64,000 nucleotides of DNA from Octopus vulgaris (taxonomy: Eukaryota): contig OX597827.1 in the NCBI GenBank assembly GCA_951406725.2, positions 32,798,001 through 32,862,000 of the forward strand. Reading direction: 5' to 3'. Below are positions 1 through 12,900 of this stretch, in pieces. Position 1 is the stretch's first letter; every line of letters begins with the position of its first letter. The notes beneath the pieces are model-generated. The model did not search any database. It worked only from the letters and a program-made list of their open reading frames with translations, and had not been told where the DNA came from. A program made the translations under genes and the position numbers.

Positions 1-606
1 GAACAAGGCTGCAAAGAGGCCTGGTTGAGGACACTAATTGTTTTATTAAGTGCCCTGTAGTGTCACTGAAAATTGTGCATTAGGATTTTCAAATCCATCC
101 ATAACCACTACCACTACATTGTTAGATATAACACCTGATGGTTCCACTTCTGGGCCATTTTTTGCTAATTGCACTTCAGCCTCAAAGAGCTAAGAAATAG
201 AAGATTGTTATGAATGAAACGTGTGAACCAAGTAAAATTCTAAAACAAAAAAAAACAACAACAAAAATTTTTTTTGAGGCTCCTAACAAGAAGAATGGGG
301 GAAGATAGCTTTATAAAATAAAATTAAATATTGTTTTTTAAATAATGCTTTCAAATTATAAATCAAAAAAGGGTAACAAACAAAAAAATGTATATATATT
401 CCTGAGGACAAACAAAAACAAAAAAAAATGTGAAGAAACTCTTCATACTCTGCTCAACTTCAAATAAAAACATTTATCTTTGTTGAGGTTGAAAATAAAA
501 TAAATAAAAAACAAAAGCAACAACATCTACACCATAAACATACACACACACATATATATATATATATATACACACATGTATTCCATATATTCTTGAAGAG
601 CATATT

Positions 607-1157
607 TATGAGGTCTGATCCAAAAGTATCAGAACTGGTGTGATGGTAACAGAACTAAAGAACACAGAGTAAAGCCATTTAATACAGATGAACCTTCAAC
701 TCTGTGACGCATGCACACACTAAGTGACAATGTTGCCCACTCACTTCTGTTTGTTCATAGCAGTGCCTGGAAGTGAAGTGTGTAGAATGCTGGTCGTCTC
801 AAAAAGAGGAATGGGTTTCAGCAGCAGCACAGGATCTCTTTTATTGCATGGAGGAAGACAAAAGACTTTTTGAGAATGGTCAGAACAGGTGATGAATTGT
901 GCGTCTGTGGCTACGACCTCAAAACCAAAATCAAATCCCAATTGAAAGGAACAAGATTTGAAGATGGCAAGGAAATCCACGAGAATGCAACGAGGCAACA
1001 GCTTGCTATCCCAAAAATGGAGTTCAAGGAATGCTTCCATCGATGGAAACAATGTGACTTCAGACAAGGACTACTTTGAAGGAGATTAAATAAATTGATG
1101 TGTATTGTAGCTTTCTTTTATAGCACCAGAACTGAAATTCTTTGATCAGATCTCATA
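607..1157 (+). mobile_element. Internally deleted mariner (Tc1/mariner) element
   Basis: Imperfect terminal inverted repeats (atgaggtctgatccaaaag... / ...ctttgatcagatctcat). Remnant RMVRTGDELCVCGYDLKTK (mariner TGDExW motif) is fused to the transposase C-terminus LKGTRFED...IPK..F.ECF.RW. Confidence 0.8.
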
Positions 1158-1176
1158 CATACACACTCAAATAGCT

Positions 1177-1276
<100 letters not shown>

Positions 1277-1584
1277 ATAGATAGATAAATACATAGATAG
1301 AAGATAGGCAAATAGATGGAAACATGCACACACACACACTACATATATATATATATATGTAAATGAAGCACATCTGCATATTTCAGTTCTCCAAGTATAT
1401 GTCTGTAGGCTTTACGATCCATATAAAAGTAATATTTTTTATTCTCCAGCTGATGGATGACCAATGGCAGATTTATTCTATGTTTTCCTACAAGTATAGC
1501 AATGTGACTCCAATAGGTAAAGAAACACATGTAATATGGAATACACAATACCAAAATTTTCCAGTTTTCTGTTTTTATATATGT

Positions 1585-1895
1585 ATACACATTCTGTTGT
1601 GTCTGGGGAATCATTCTTTTTAAGTGCCTTATAATTTAAAACACTCACTGGTAAAATTTCCACTTATTTCCTACTTTATTTTTCTAAAATTTTCGTTGTA
1701 TCTTGCAACCTTTTCAATAGTTTTGATTCTCTTGAAAAGGCTGCAAGATGCAACGAAAATTTTAGAAAAATAAAAAAAGAAATAAGTGGCAATTTTACCA
1801 GTGAGTGTGTTAAATAATAAGGAACTAAAAGAGAATGAATCTCCCTAGACACAACAGAATATGCTTCAACACACAAACTCTCACAAACCAAATCC
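1585..1895. repeat. Foldback (long inverted repeat) element; a single arm recurs at about 22295-22480
   Basis: Arms such as ...cactcactggtaaaatttccacttatttc... / ...gaaataagtggcaattttaccagtgagtg... flank a short spacer at about 1715-1732. Confidence 0.8.
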
Positions 1896-2783
1896 AAAAA
1901 TGGAATATATATAGTTTTGATGAAGCAATGGCTGATAAATAGAAATGCTTAAATTTTTTTTTAAAGCCAAACTAATGCCTTGTTTTGGCTTAAACAAAAC
2001 AAAAGTTAGCACTCTAGCCTGGTATTTCAATATTTCATGGCCAGGACATCTTCTACAGGAAATCTTTGGAGAAAATGCTAATAGCTAACTTCTCTGCTCT
2101 GAAATCAGCTATCAGCAAAAAGTGTTAGTGGTTGAGTATTCCAAAGACACATGTGTGTGTCAGAATCAACATGATAAGGTATGGGACTTAGTGTGTGACG
2201 AGGGTACTCTTTAAAAATGTTGATACAATCCACGTAACAGAATTGCACACTGTTCACACACAGGGCTTGGGGTGACCAGAGGCCATGCTAAAAGATACTT
2301 GCCCTAGAGGGAACACAAGGTGCCAGAGGATTGGATCCTGCAGTGCCTTGTGAGTACAAAACAATCTTTTGTAACCACTTGGTCTTCCCTGTTACACATG
2401 TGTGTGGGTGTATCTGTATTTATGCATGCATGTATGTGTATGTGTGAGTATGTATGTATGTGTGTATGTACATATGTATACATACATATATATATATATG
2501 TATGTAAATATATTTATATATATATATGCATGTATGTGGATATGTATTATGTGTGTGTGAATAAATAAATATATATATATATATATATATATGTAACAGC
2601 TTTCTATAATGATAAATAGAAAATAAATGAAACTTCTCTCCATTCCCCTTGTTCCTGCTCTCAGACACACATGGAAAGTAAATAGTATAAAAAAAAGGAC
2701 AAAAATATGTTTCCCCCCATCCCTCCTTCGCCCCATACATCCACCCAGACAGACAAAGACAAACAGATAGACAAAGGAATCAT

Positions 2784-3068
2784 TCATAACATGCTACTGT
2801 TTGTTAGGACCATTGTATCAGCTCGAATCATACTGAGTTCATCTGACTGTAACTGGTTTAACGAGGTGCGGCTTTTGCTGAACGGTTTTATGTCGGCCAC
2901 CATCGACAGATGCTTTGCCATGGCACCTCGCAATGGAGGTGTACCACATTCGACAGACGGATTCATGAGCTGGTCGACTACCTTGGCCAATCGCTCACCG
3001 ACTAATGAATAGTTGCTGCAGTCTTCGGTCACATAATACCAGTCAGATTCTAAGACACCAGTAGGACA
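2784..3068 (-). CDS. Terminal coding exon ([37 protein letters not shown]...NSSML*)
   Basis: Strong ttttcctttctttgcag acceptor, phase 0, 94 codons to TGA; unique non-repeat sequence. Confidence 0.82.
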   Translation of the reverse strand, partial: CPTGVLESDWYYVTEDCSNYSLVGERLAKVVDQLMNPSVECGTPPLRGAMAKHLSMVADIKPFSKSRTSLNQLQSDELSMIRADTMVLTNSSML

Positions 3069-4522
3069 CTGCAAAGAAAGGAAAATAAAAAAAAATATGG
3101 TGAGAAAGACAGAGATAATAGATATATTCTACCTGGATACAGAATTAGTTCATTGATTAAATATTTCAATATTTGAGAATTGTTGTTAAAGAAATTACAA
3201 TCTTCCACAAACCAGAACTATTAATTTTCTTAATCAGGCAAAGAGACATGGTGCCAGTTGACAATCGGTGTCTTAGAACCGATTGTCAAGAGACATCATG
3301 TGTCTTACTCCAGGATGTTCAGTATTGGATTCAAATGAAATATTTATTTCTAGACTAATCATCATCATCATTATTTGACATCTGTTGTCCATGTTGGCAT
3401 GGATTGGACAGTTTGACTGGGTTGGCATGCTGGAAGGCTACATCAGACTCCACTCTGATTTGGTATGGTTTTCTACAGCTGGATGCCCTTCCTAACACCA
3501 ACCACTCTCAGAGTGTAATGGGTGCTTTTATGTGCCACCGGCATGGCTGCCATTTGCATGACACCAGTATCTGCCATGACTGCAATTTTGCTCAACTTGA
3601 TGGGTCTTCTCCTCAAGCTATGGTAACAAAAAGCACCAGTCGATAGGATGTAAAAAGCACTCTGTAAAGTGGTTGGCGTTAGGAAGGGGTATCTGGCTGT
3701 AGAAACCACGCCAGAGCAGACAATGGTACCTAATGTAGCTCTCCAGTTCACCTGGCTCCTGTCAAACAGTCTAACCCATGTCGACATGGAAAACAGATGT
3801 TAAATCCTGATGATTCTTATATCTTGAGTCAGGAATCAGTCAACAGTTTCAGGAATGCAATCTGGATTAGAAATGTTTTAGTGTTGAAGACAAAAGCAAA
3901 CGGAGAGAAAAAAAAAATTAAACCATCACCATTGAAGCCTTTCAATGACAATGTGAAATCCTTGTGTTGTAGTGGATTGCATGCCTCAATGATCCAGGGA
4001 ACCATGTCACTAAAGTGCAGGCTACTGGCAGGGCCTCCCATACTGGATAGATCAAGGGATAGGGGGTTAGACTATTAGGGTTCACCTCTTCCCAAAGGTA
4101 AAAATGGGCTTGTGTAGGGCCAACACCCTTACTAGTAAAAACCAAAGTTACAGAAGCATTGAAGATAATTCAAAACCAATGAGATCTGGGAGAGGAAGGT
4201 CTTTCCTTGGGGAAATATAAGGTACAGTGCATGAAAATCTGAAAGGACTGAAGCAGAACTGAAAAAGCAGGGGTCAAAATGGAAAGCAGCAGAAAAGAGA
4301 GGGTCAAGAACAATGGAAATAAGTCATCAATGGCCTATATTCCTTAGGGAGAAAAGGGTTTAAGTAAGTATGGAAGCCTATAAACACAATTCCTTCCTTT
4401 ATTTACATTTAATGGATATTTGTCCTCACAACGTTTCGGCTGATATACCCTCCACCCTTCATCAGGTATCTTGAGGAAATTTCGAACCTGGGTTCTCATT
4501 CCTAAGGTATTTTTCGATGTTG

Positions 4523-4563
<41 letters not shown>

Positions 4564-7500
4564 ATTCAGGTCACTGCTTGGAATTGAAATTTCCCTAAGA
4601 CACCTGATGAAGGCTGGAAGGTATATCAGGTGAAACGTTGTGTTATCAACAAACAAGATGAGGACAAATATCCGTCAAATGTAAATAATGTACATAATTC
4701 GTCATCTCTTGAATACAGAACTGAGTTCCTTCCTTTCTTTGAATTTTTTTTTTTAAATGCCATCAGTTATAATGAAGGAATTTGTATTCATTTAATGATG
4801 GACAAAATCATTGTGTTATAATAGCATATGCAGAGAGCAGAGTTAAAACACTTTTAGTTAAACTGAAGAAGAGTCATGGTGACTTTAAGGTAAATATGAA
4901 AGCTGCCAGTTTTACTTTCTTCCCTCAACAAGAAAACATTTTTGTGCTGACATGTAGCTGGAGCAAAGCCCCAGCCAGGCTGGGAGTAACATGTGGGTGG
5001 AATGTTGAGGTTGACAGACAAGTTTAGAAAGACTGGAAGGATGGTGGTAATAGGGAGTACTACTTAATGACTAGAAGGGTATTTAGACAACAGGTGCACT
5101 TGGCTAAAGGTGTCCTGCAATGTGAGGATCAGAGGCAGGAAGTGTCCAGCATTGTGAGACAATGCATGAGAGAGGACCAAGATGTCATTGGAGTGAAAGG
5201 AACTGGTGTGGAAGAGCTTTTATGAAAGGCCGTTGAATGTGGAGAACCCTTGGGATAAACAGAGATTACCCCTTGCTGACCCAATAGAGGGACCAGCAAT
5301 TAAAGTTGATGGTAATGTGGTAGATAAAGTGATCAAAGACAAGAAGAGGGGGGAAACTGTGGATTCACTGCAGATAGTTGCAGAGATGCTTAAAATATCT
5401 GGGGAAGTACGATGAAAGATTACTACTACCACCTGGATAGTTAATCAAGTCACTCAGGAGGGTGTTATACTCAATGGCTAGCATAACAGTATCATCATAA
5501 ACTGCTACAAGAGCAAAGGTGGTGCCTTAGAGAGAAGCAACTATAGGGGAATCAAACTACAACATCAAGTTATGAAAGTCACAGAGGAAGTCATAGTCCA
5601 AATGATGCATGAATAGACTTGGATGAGATGTAGTTAGGCTTTGTTCCTAGAAGAGGCACCACAGATGAAATCTTTCTTGTAAGACACCAACTGGAAAAAT
5701 ACCTGGCTAAGATTAAAATGATATACCTGGCTTTCATTGATTTGGAGAAAGCATTTGACAGGGTACCACGTTCATTAATCTGACAGGCATTGAGGAAACT
5801 AGGAGTAGATGATTGGCTTGTGTGACGGGTTCAAGTCATGTACAAGGATGCAGTGAGAGTTCAGTGATGAAGTTAGCAATCTTTTTCTAAACATCATAGT
5901 CTGACACGTCATTACAGAGGAATTGTGTGTAAGAAAGAATTGTGCCGGTAAGGACATGTGATAATTCTCAACAACATAATTTCAGGTTTAGTCCCATTGT
6001 ATGGCACTCTGATCAACCCCAGGCTAACCAAAACCTTGAGAGTAAATTTGGAAGATGGAAACTGAAAGAAGTCATCCTGTGTAAATGCGTCTCATTACTC
6101 ACAGAAATCTATAAATATACTGCTGCTATTTCTACCAACCCTAATGTGACTACCACCCTGTTTTTATCTTTTCTGCAACTAGCATTTACAAGCTGGACAC
6201 TGAGAGAGAGAGAGAGATTCCCCAGGTGGTCAACCCTTTTGAGACAAACACACCTGAAACTACTCCTTGGTTCTGTGATAGAAATGTCAGGTTTTAACCC
6301 TTTAGCATTCAGGTTACTCTGTCAAATGAAATGCTTATTTATTCACATTGTTTTGAAATAATTATTTTCATAGGCACAGGAGTGGCTGTTTGGTAAGTAG
6401 CTTGCTTACCAACCACATGGTTCCGAGTTCAATCCCACTGTGTGGCACTTTGGGCAAGTGTCTTCTACTATAGCCTCAGGCTGACCAAAGTCTTGTGAGT
6501 GGATTTGGTAGATGGAAACTGAAAGAAGCCTGCTGTATATATATATATATATATATGCTGGTGTGTTTACGTCCCTGTAACTTAGCGGTTCAGCAAAAGA
6601 GACTGATAGAATAAGTACTAGGCTTACAAAGAATAAGTTCTGGGGTCAATTTGCTCGACTAAAGGCCATGCTCCAGTATGGCCGCAGTCAAATGACTGAA
6701 ACAAGTAAAAGAGTATATTTTGACGATGTGATTGTTTATTTTTACAATGACATTGTAGGATAGGCGTGAGAGACCAGATCTGGATGGTTTGAACATAAAA
6801 CAGAATATTTAGGTCAGATATGGCTGGTTAAAGAAATCTAAATTGAAACCATATCAGGTCAGGTCTGCAAGATACCTTCTCATCTACAGGGATCATATTC
6901 GCAGGTCCACCTGGGCAACCTGTCAAACAGAGTTCCAGTCAGTCCCCATCTCTGTGAGATACCTCCTCTTCTACTGGGGCCATGTGGAATGTTGTAGTCA
7001 ACCAGCTTGTGCCATCAACCCAGCCAGATCCTCAGTGAAGAGAACATGGTAAGCAGAGTCGAACTTGGAAAATTGAGCGACATGGCCAACCAGTCTGATT
7101 CAGGGTCATCCATATCCAGGCTATTTAATTCTTTCAATTTACAGCATCGTATTTCAAACTGTGAACTTATGAAGGACAGCACAACCTCAGTGAAGATGTG
7201 ACAACCTTAACTTGGAATGTCGACTGAACAAAAAACAAAGAAAAAAAATGGGGGGAAAAATGCATTCATTTATTTGATTGGCTATCTTTATGTTATGGTC
7301 CCGGATACTCAAAAAGTTCTTACTAAGAGCCACCCAATAACAAGAACAGAACATTAAATCAAGAAAGAAAGGTAGGAAGGAAGGAAGGAAGGAAAGAAGG
7401 AAATGAAACTGATATGAATGAAGTGTGCAACGTTTGTAGCCAAAGAGATTGTCTGGGTTGTGTAAACTGAGATCTGAAGAGTCGATTTCCTCATCGATTG

Positions 7501-9901
7501 ATTTCCCTGATATAAATATAGATCAGCTAAAAATCAATATATTATTATCATTATTATCATCGCCCAACAGGAAGTGGAAGATTTGTTTGTTGTTGTTGTT
7601 GTTAAAATAAATCAGACCAAAACAAAAACAAAAAAACAAACAATTTGTCTCAAAGTGTTTGTCAAATGTTAGTGTTATTGTTGTTGTTGCACATCTATTT
7701 TAGAGACCAGAACAAATACAGATTTTAGACATGCCTCACTGATCATTATTATTATTATTATTATTACTATTATCATCATCATTATTATTGTACATGGTTT
7801 GTGGGCAACAAGTCAAGGTTTATACAAATATATACAAGTGTCGGCTAGTTTAGTTCTGGTGTGTGTGTGTGATTGCTAGTCTGTCTGTAACCTCTATGAT
7901 GCAGGTTCAATTCACAGGTAACTCACTTTCCCTATGATTGTTCTTCCCATCCAAGGCCTCCAACTGTAATCAACAGCTTTTAGAGATGGAGAGTGGGAGA
8001 GAGAGAAAGAGTAGGAAAGTGAGAGTAGCAGGAGGGAGAGAAAGAAGGGTGGAGGGAAAGGGAGTAAGGGAGAGGGGAGGAGGAGAAAGCGAAGAGAACG
8101 AGAGAGGCAGGCTCGGTTAGTTTGGGTTGCCATCTTTTGTTTATAAGTTTGTTGGATAAGAAGGGACAGAGCCCATGTTCTTTGAGTGCCACACTCTCCC
8201 AAATTCACTGATAGGGCTGATATGCAACCAAACAAAATCGTGGTTTGAGAATTTGACTTTATTATGTATAATTACATCATTAAGTCATTACAAAGTTTGT
8301 TTGTTGTTTATATATCTGATTACTGACAAGATTTAATTAGAACTGCTCAAACAGACAAGCCCTTAGTTGGGGATACCTGACCAAAGGAAAATAATATTTG
8401 AATTCTTGCAACAGGTCTCATAATACATTAAAAATTAGAGAATCTTCGCATATTATTGTGTGTTTTGTATTGTCCCTCTCGTCCATTGCCCTAGTGGCTG
8501 ACAAGATCAGGGACTAGTTGCCATTTTGAAAACTATATATTTCAAATGGGAATTTGGCAGCGCCACCTCTAACCAAACAATTATTCTGTGCTGATGAAGA
8601 GAAATAACTCAGAAATCGCAATACACAGATATTGTTTTGAGCTGAGTGGGGGTGCTAGATTCCTTTGTTCAAAAATATAAAGACACATCATGTCATATAG
8701 CCAACTGGAATCAATGTCTCCTGGGGCTAAATTACAGCAACATTTGTCCTAAACCAGGACTGCCATGTTATATTGGCAAAAAATCTTTACTACAAGAATG
8801 AACTGGTTAGTCTGTTCTGGAGGACTTTCCGGTTGGGAACTATCATGGGTAATTCCCAGATGTCCTTCACCTGGCAGTGCTACCAGGGGTCATTACCAGT
8901 TCGAAATAAACTCTACAGGCACAGATGTGCAGTTAGACCAACTTGCCTGAGATGAATGCAGTGACGAAACCATTCTGTACACCCTCGTTCAGTGTCCAGG
9001 TATTGCTGACTTGTGGGGTTATGTTGAACAGCTGCTGTCGTATGTGGGATGGATCCGTCTGTTGGCTGAGTCTGTAGTGATGATTGCACCACCACCCTCC
9101 TTCAATCAGGCAGGCAAGGCAGTTTTTCTTTGCCTGGTGGCTATGGAAAAAGTGGTTGTTTGGTGGACAAGGCTGAAAGGCAGGAGGACAGATACATTCC
9201 CCTTTTGTAGAGCTCTCATTGACTCTTTCAAGTTTCACTTGAGGAGGAAATCAAGAGTGGAGAGGGAAGTGCTGTCCTCAAGTGAATTTATTGAACGGTG
9301 AGTGAAAGATGTGAAAATAGCAACAGTGGATGGTACCTCTCTAAGTGTAGACCTGTGAGTTGGAGAGGACGCTTGCTCCTAGAGATTTCAGGTAAATCTC
9401 AGACAGTGGGGTTCCTCGATTATCCCTAGAGGCCTTCCCGTATCAGGAGGGCCACATCTCTATCATCCTCCCCACCACTTTTTTTTTAAACCTTTGTATG
9501 CTATGCATATGTCTCTTCTTTTACACAGTATACAATATATACTTTTTTTTTATCATTTACCTATAATATGTAAACCCCAACACTTTATGTCTGTCTCTGT
9601 ATTGTCTCCATCATCCTTCACCCTTCTGACAAAGAGATGAAATCATTATTATCATTAAGGCAGTGAACTGGCAGAATCGTTACTGTACTGGGAAAAATGC
9701 TTAGCGGTATTTCGCCCATCTTTACATTCTAAGTTCAAATTCTGTCAAGGTCAACTTTGCCTTTCATCCTTTCGGGGTCGATAAATTAAGTACCAGTGAA
9801 ACGCTGGAGTCCATGTAATTGACTATCCCCTTCCCCAAAATTTCAGGCCATGTGCCTATAATAGAAAGGATTATTATTATTATCATTATTATTATTATTA
9901 T

Positions 9902-9939
<38 letters not shown>

Positions 9940-12900
9940 ATAGTAGTAGTAGTATTAAAGCAGTGAGCTGACCGAATCATTAGCATGCCAGGCAAAATGA
10001 TTAGTAGTGTTTCTTCAGTCTTTACGTCCTCAGCTCAAATTCTGCCGAGGTTAACTTTGCCTTTCATCCTTCCGGGATCGATAAAATAAGTACCAGTTGA
10101 ACACTGAGGTTGATGTAATCAACTCATCCCCACCTCCCCCAAGCTGCCCTTGTGGCAAAAATTTGAAATAATTATTATTTCACATCCAATCAGCAGGAGT
10201 TGATGTGTGGTAAGAAGCTTGCTTACCAATCACATGGTCCTGGGTTCAGACCCACTCATGGCACCTTGGCTTCTACTATTGCGTTGGACTGACCAAAGCC
10301 TTGTGAGTGGATTTGGTGAATGGAAACTGAAAGAAGCCCATCATATATATCATCATCATAGTTTAATGTCCACTTTCCATGACAATTTGACTGAGGAGTG
10401 GTGAACCAGATGGCTGCACCAGGCTCCAATCTGATCTGGCAGAGTTTCTATAGCTGGATACCCTTCCTAACACCAACCACAGTGTAGTGGGTGCTTTTAC
10501 GTGCCACTGGCCAGTTTTACAATGGCCAGTCAGGTGGTACTGGCAACGGCCACACTCAAATGGTGTTTTTTATGTGCCACCTGCATAGGAGCCAGTCCAG
10601 CAGCACTGGCAACAACCTTGCTCGAATGTTTTTACAAGTGCCAGTAAGGCGACGCTGGTAACGATCACACTCGAAATGTGCTTCTTATGTGCCACCAACA
10701 CAGAAGCCAGTTTGCTGCTCTGGCAACAATCACACTCAGATGGTGCTCTTAGTGCTCTTCTAGCATGGATGCCAGTCATTGAATTTGATTTCGATTTCGA
10801 TCAAATTCGATGACTGGCATCCATGCTAGTGGAGATATATATATATGTACATATGTATTTGTGTGTCTGTGTTTGTCCACCCACCATCACTTGACACCAA
10901 TGTTGGTATGTTTATGTCCCGTAACTTAGCAGTTTGGCAAAAGAGACCAATGGAATAAGTACTGGGCTTAGAAAGAATAAGTCCTGGGATCGATTCGTTC
11001 AACTAAAGGTGGTGCTCAAGCATGGCCACAGTCAAATAACTGAAACAAGTAACAGAACAAAAAAAATAAAAGAATAATCTCGCACATTCTTTGCATTATT
11101 TCTCAGATGAACCAAACCAAAAGAGAAAACCAAAAATGGTAAAACCAGCAATTCACTCATATTCTCAGACTATTCCACAGGCACAGAAATCCTATTGAAC
11201 ATTATATCCTCATTTGGGGTTTCTGGTTGGGCCAAATCCAGCAAGGAACCAATAAAAACATTTCCACTTCGTCAATGTGGACAGTTATCTTATTTCAGTT
11301 ATAGGACTGTGACCAGGTTGGGGCACAGCCTTGAAGAGTTTAGTCGAATAAATTGACCCCAGGACTTATTTTTTAAGCCTGATAGTCTAATAGTGTCTTT
11401 TGCTGAACAACTAAGTCACATGGATGTAAACAAACCAGCACAGGTTGTCAAGCAGTGGTGAAGTACAAACACAAGCAAGCACAAAAATGATGAGCTTTTT
11501 TCCAGTTTCCATTAACCAAATCCACATTGGTTGGCCCAGGGCTATAGTAGAAGACACTTGCTCAAAGTGTTGTGTAATGGGACTGAACCTGGAACCTGTG
11601 CGGTTGCCAAGCTATCTTCTTAACCACACAGCCATGCCTCCAGCCATATGACAAATTTTCTGCTGGTTTCATCTTGATGTTTAACAATTACTGGAATATC
11701 TACAAGTTTCTGCTTCTTTAACAGTTATGTAGGTACATTCTTTGGAAACAGTTGCAAGAATGATGGATAATATGGAACTTTTTCTAGATTTTAATCTTCT
11801 TCATATCTGTTGATATACATACAACAAATACTTTATCTTTTTAGCTTCACTGGTAACATCCATTTTGATATCAGGTGAAACAACAGCAGCCAAGAAGAGA
11901 TTTTTTCTTAATGTTGGTAGGCGTGTGACACAATCAGTTATATCAGGTTTGGTCAGAAAGTATTTGGACTGTTGCTATGGCAACAGAGTTAAAGTACGCA
12001 GAGTGAAGCCACTTGGGCCAGCTTGACCTTGAAATCTGTCGTGCATGCATAACAAGTTATAACGTTCTTGTTCACTTCTGTTGTTTACAGCAGTGCTTGG
12101 AAGTAAAGTGTGTAGAATATGGTCGTTTCAAAAAGAAGATCGGGTTTCAGCAGCACAAAATCTCTTGGATTGTGTGGTGGAAATTGAAGACATTTTTGAG
12201 AATGGTCAAAACAGGTGACAAATTGTGGGTCTGTGGCTATGACCCTGAAACCGAGGCTTAGTCTTCACAATGGAAGAACCTGACAAGATTTTAAGACCTC
12301 AAGGAAATCGAAGAGAATGCAACGAGGCAGCAGCTTGCTATCCTAAGAAAGGAGTTCTAGGAATGCTTCCATCCATGGAAATGACACTGGATAAAGTGTG
12401 TAGCTTGAAAAGGGGACAACTTCAAAGGAGATTAAACAGTGAATTGATAAACACTGTAGTTTTCTTTTTATAAAACCAATCCCAGTTCTTTTTGATCAGT
12501 CCTCAAGTATCAGTATATTTTATGGCAAACAATGTCCAGAGATCTACCATCACCACCACCACTGTACTTTTATGTAATGACTTAACATACTAGAAATAGC
12601 ACTCAATTCTCCTTCAGATCATACTGTAACATCTTAAAGAAATGGGTTGGTTATGGTTGTGCGAATAGACACTGGCATGGAATACAGATATATTTCTGTT
12701 GTAGTACAAATGGTACACTCCTTCCCACATGACAAAGTGGTATGACTAGCCATTATAAAGTCAGCAGTCAGTCGTTGTAGGAAGGTCAGTGGTAGTAGAG
12801 TCATTGTATGAGTTCTCAGTTGGAGTCAGTGTCAATTATGTGATATATACGAGTACAAGTTACCATCAAGGTAGATGTTTCAAAGCTGTTGTCTTGCAGA

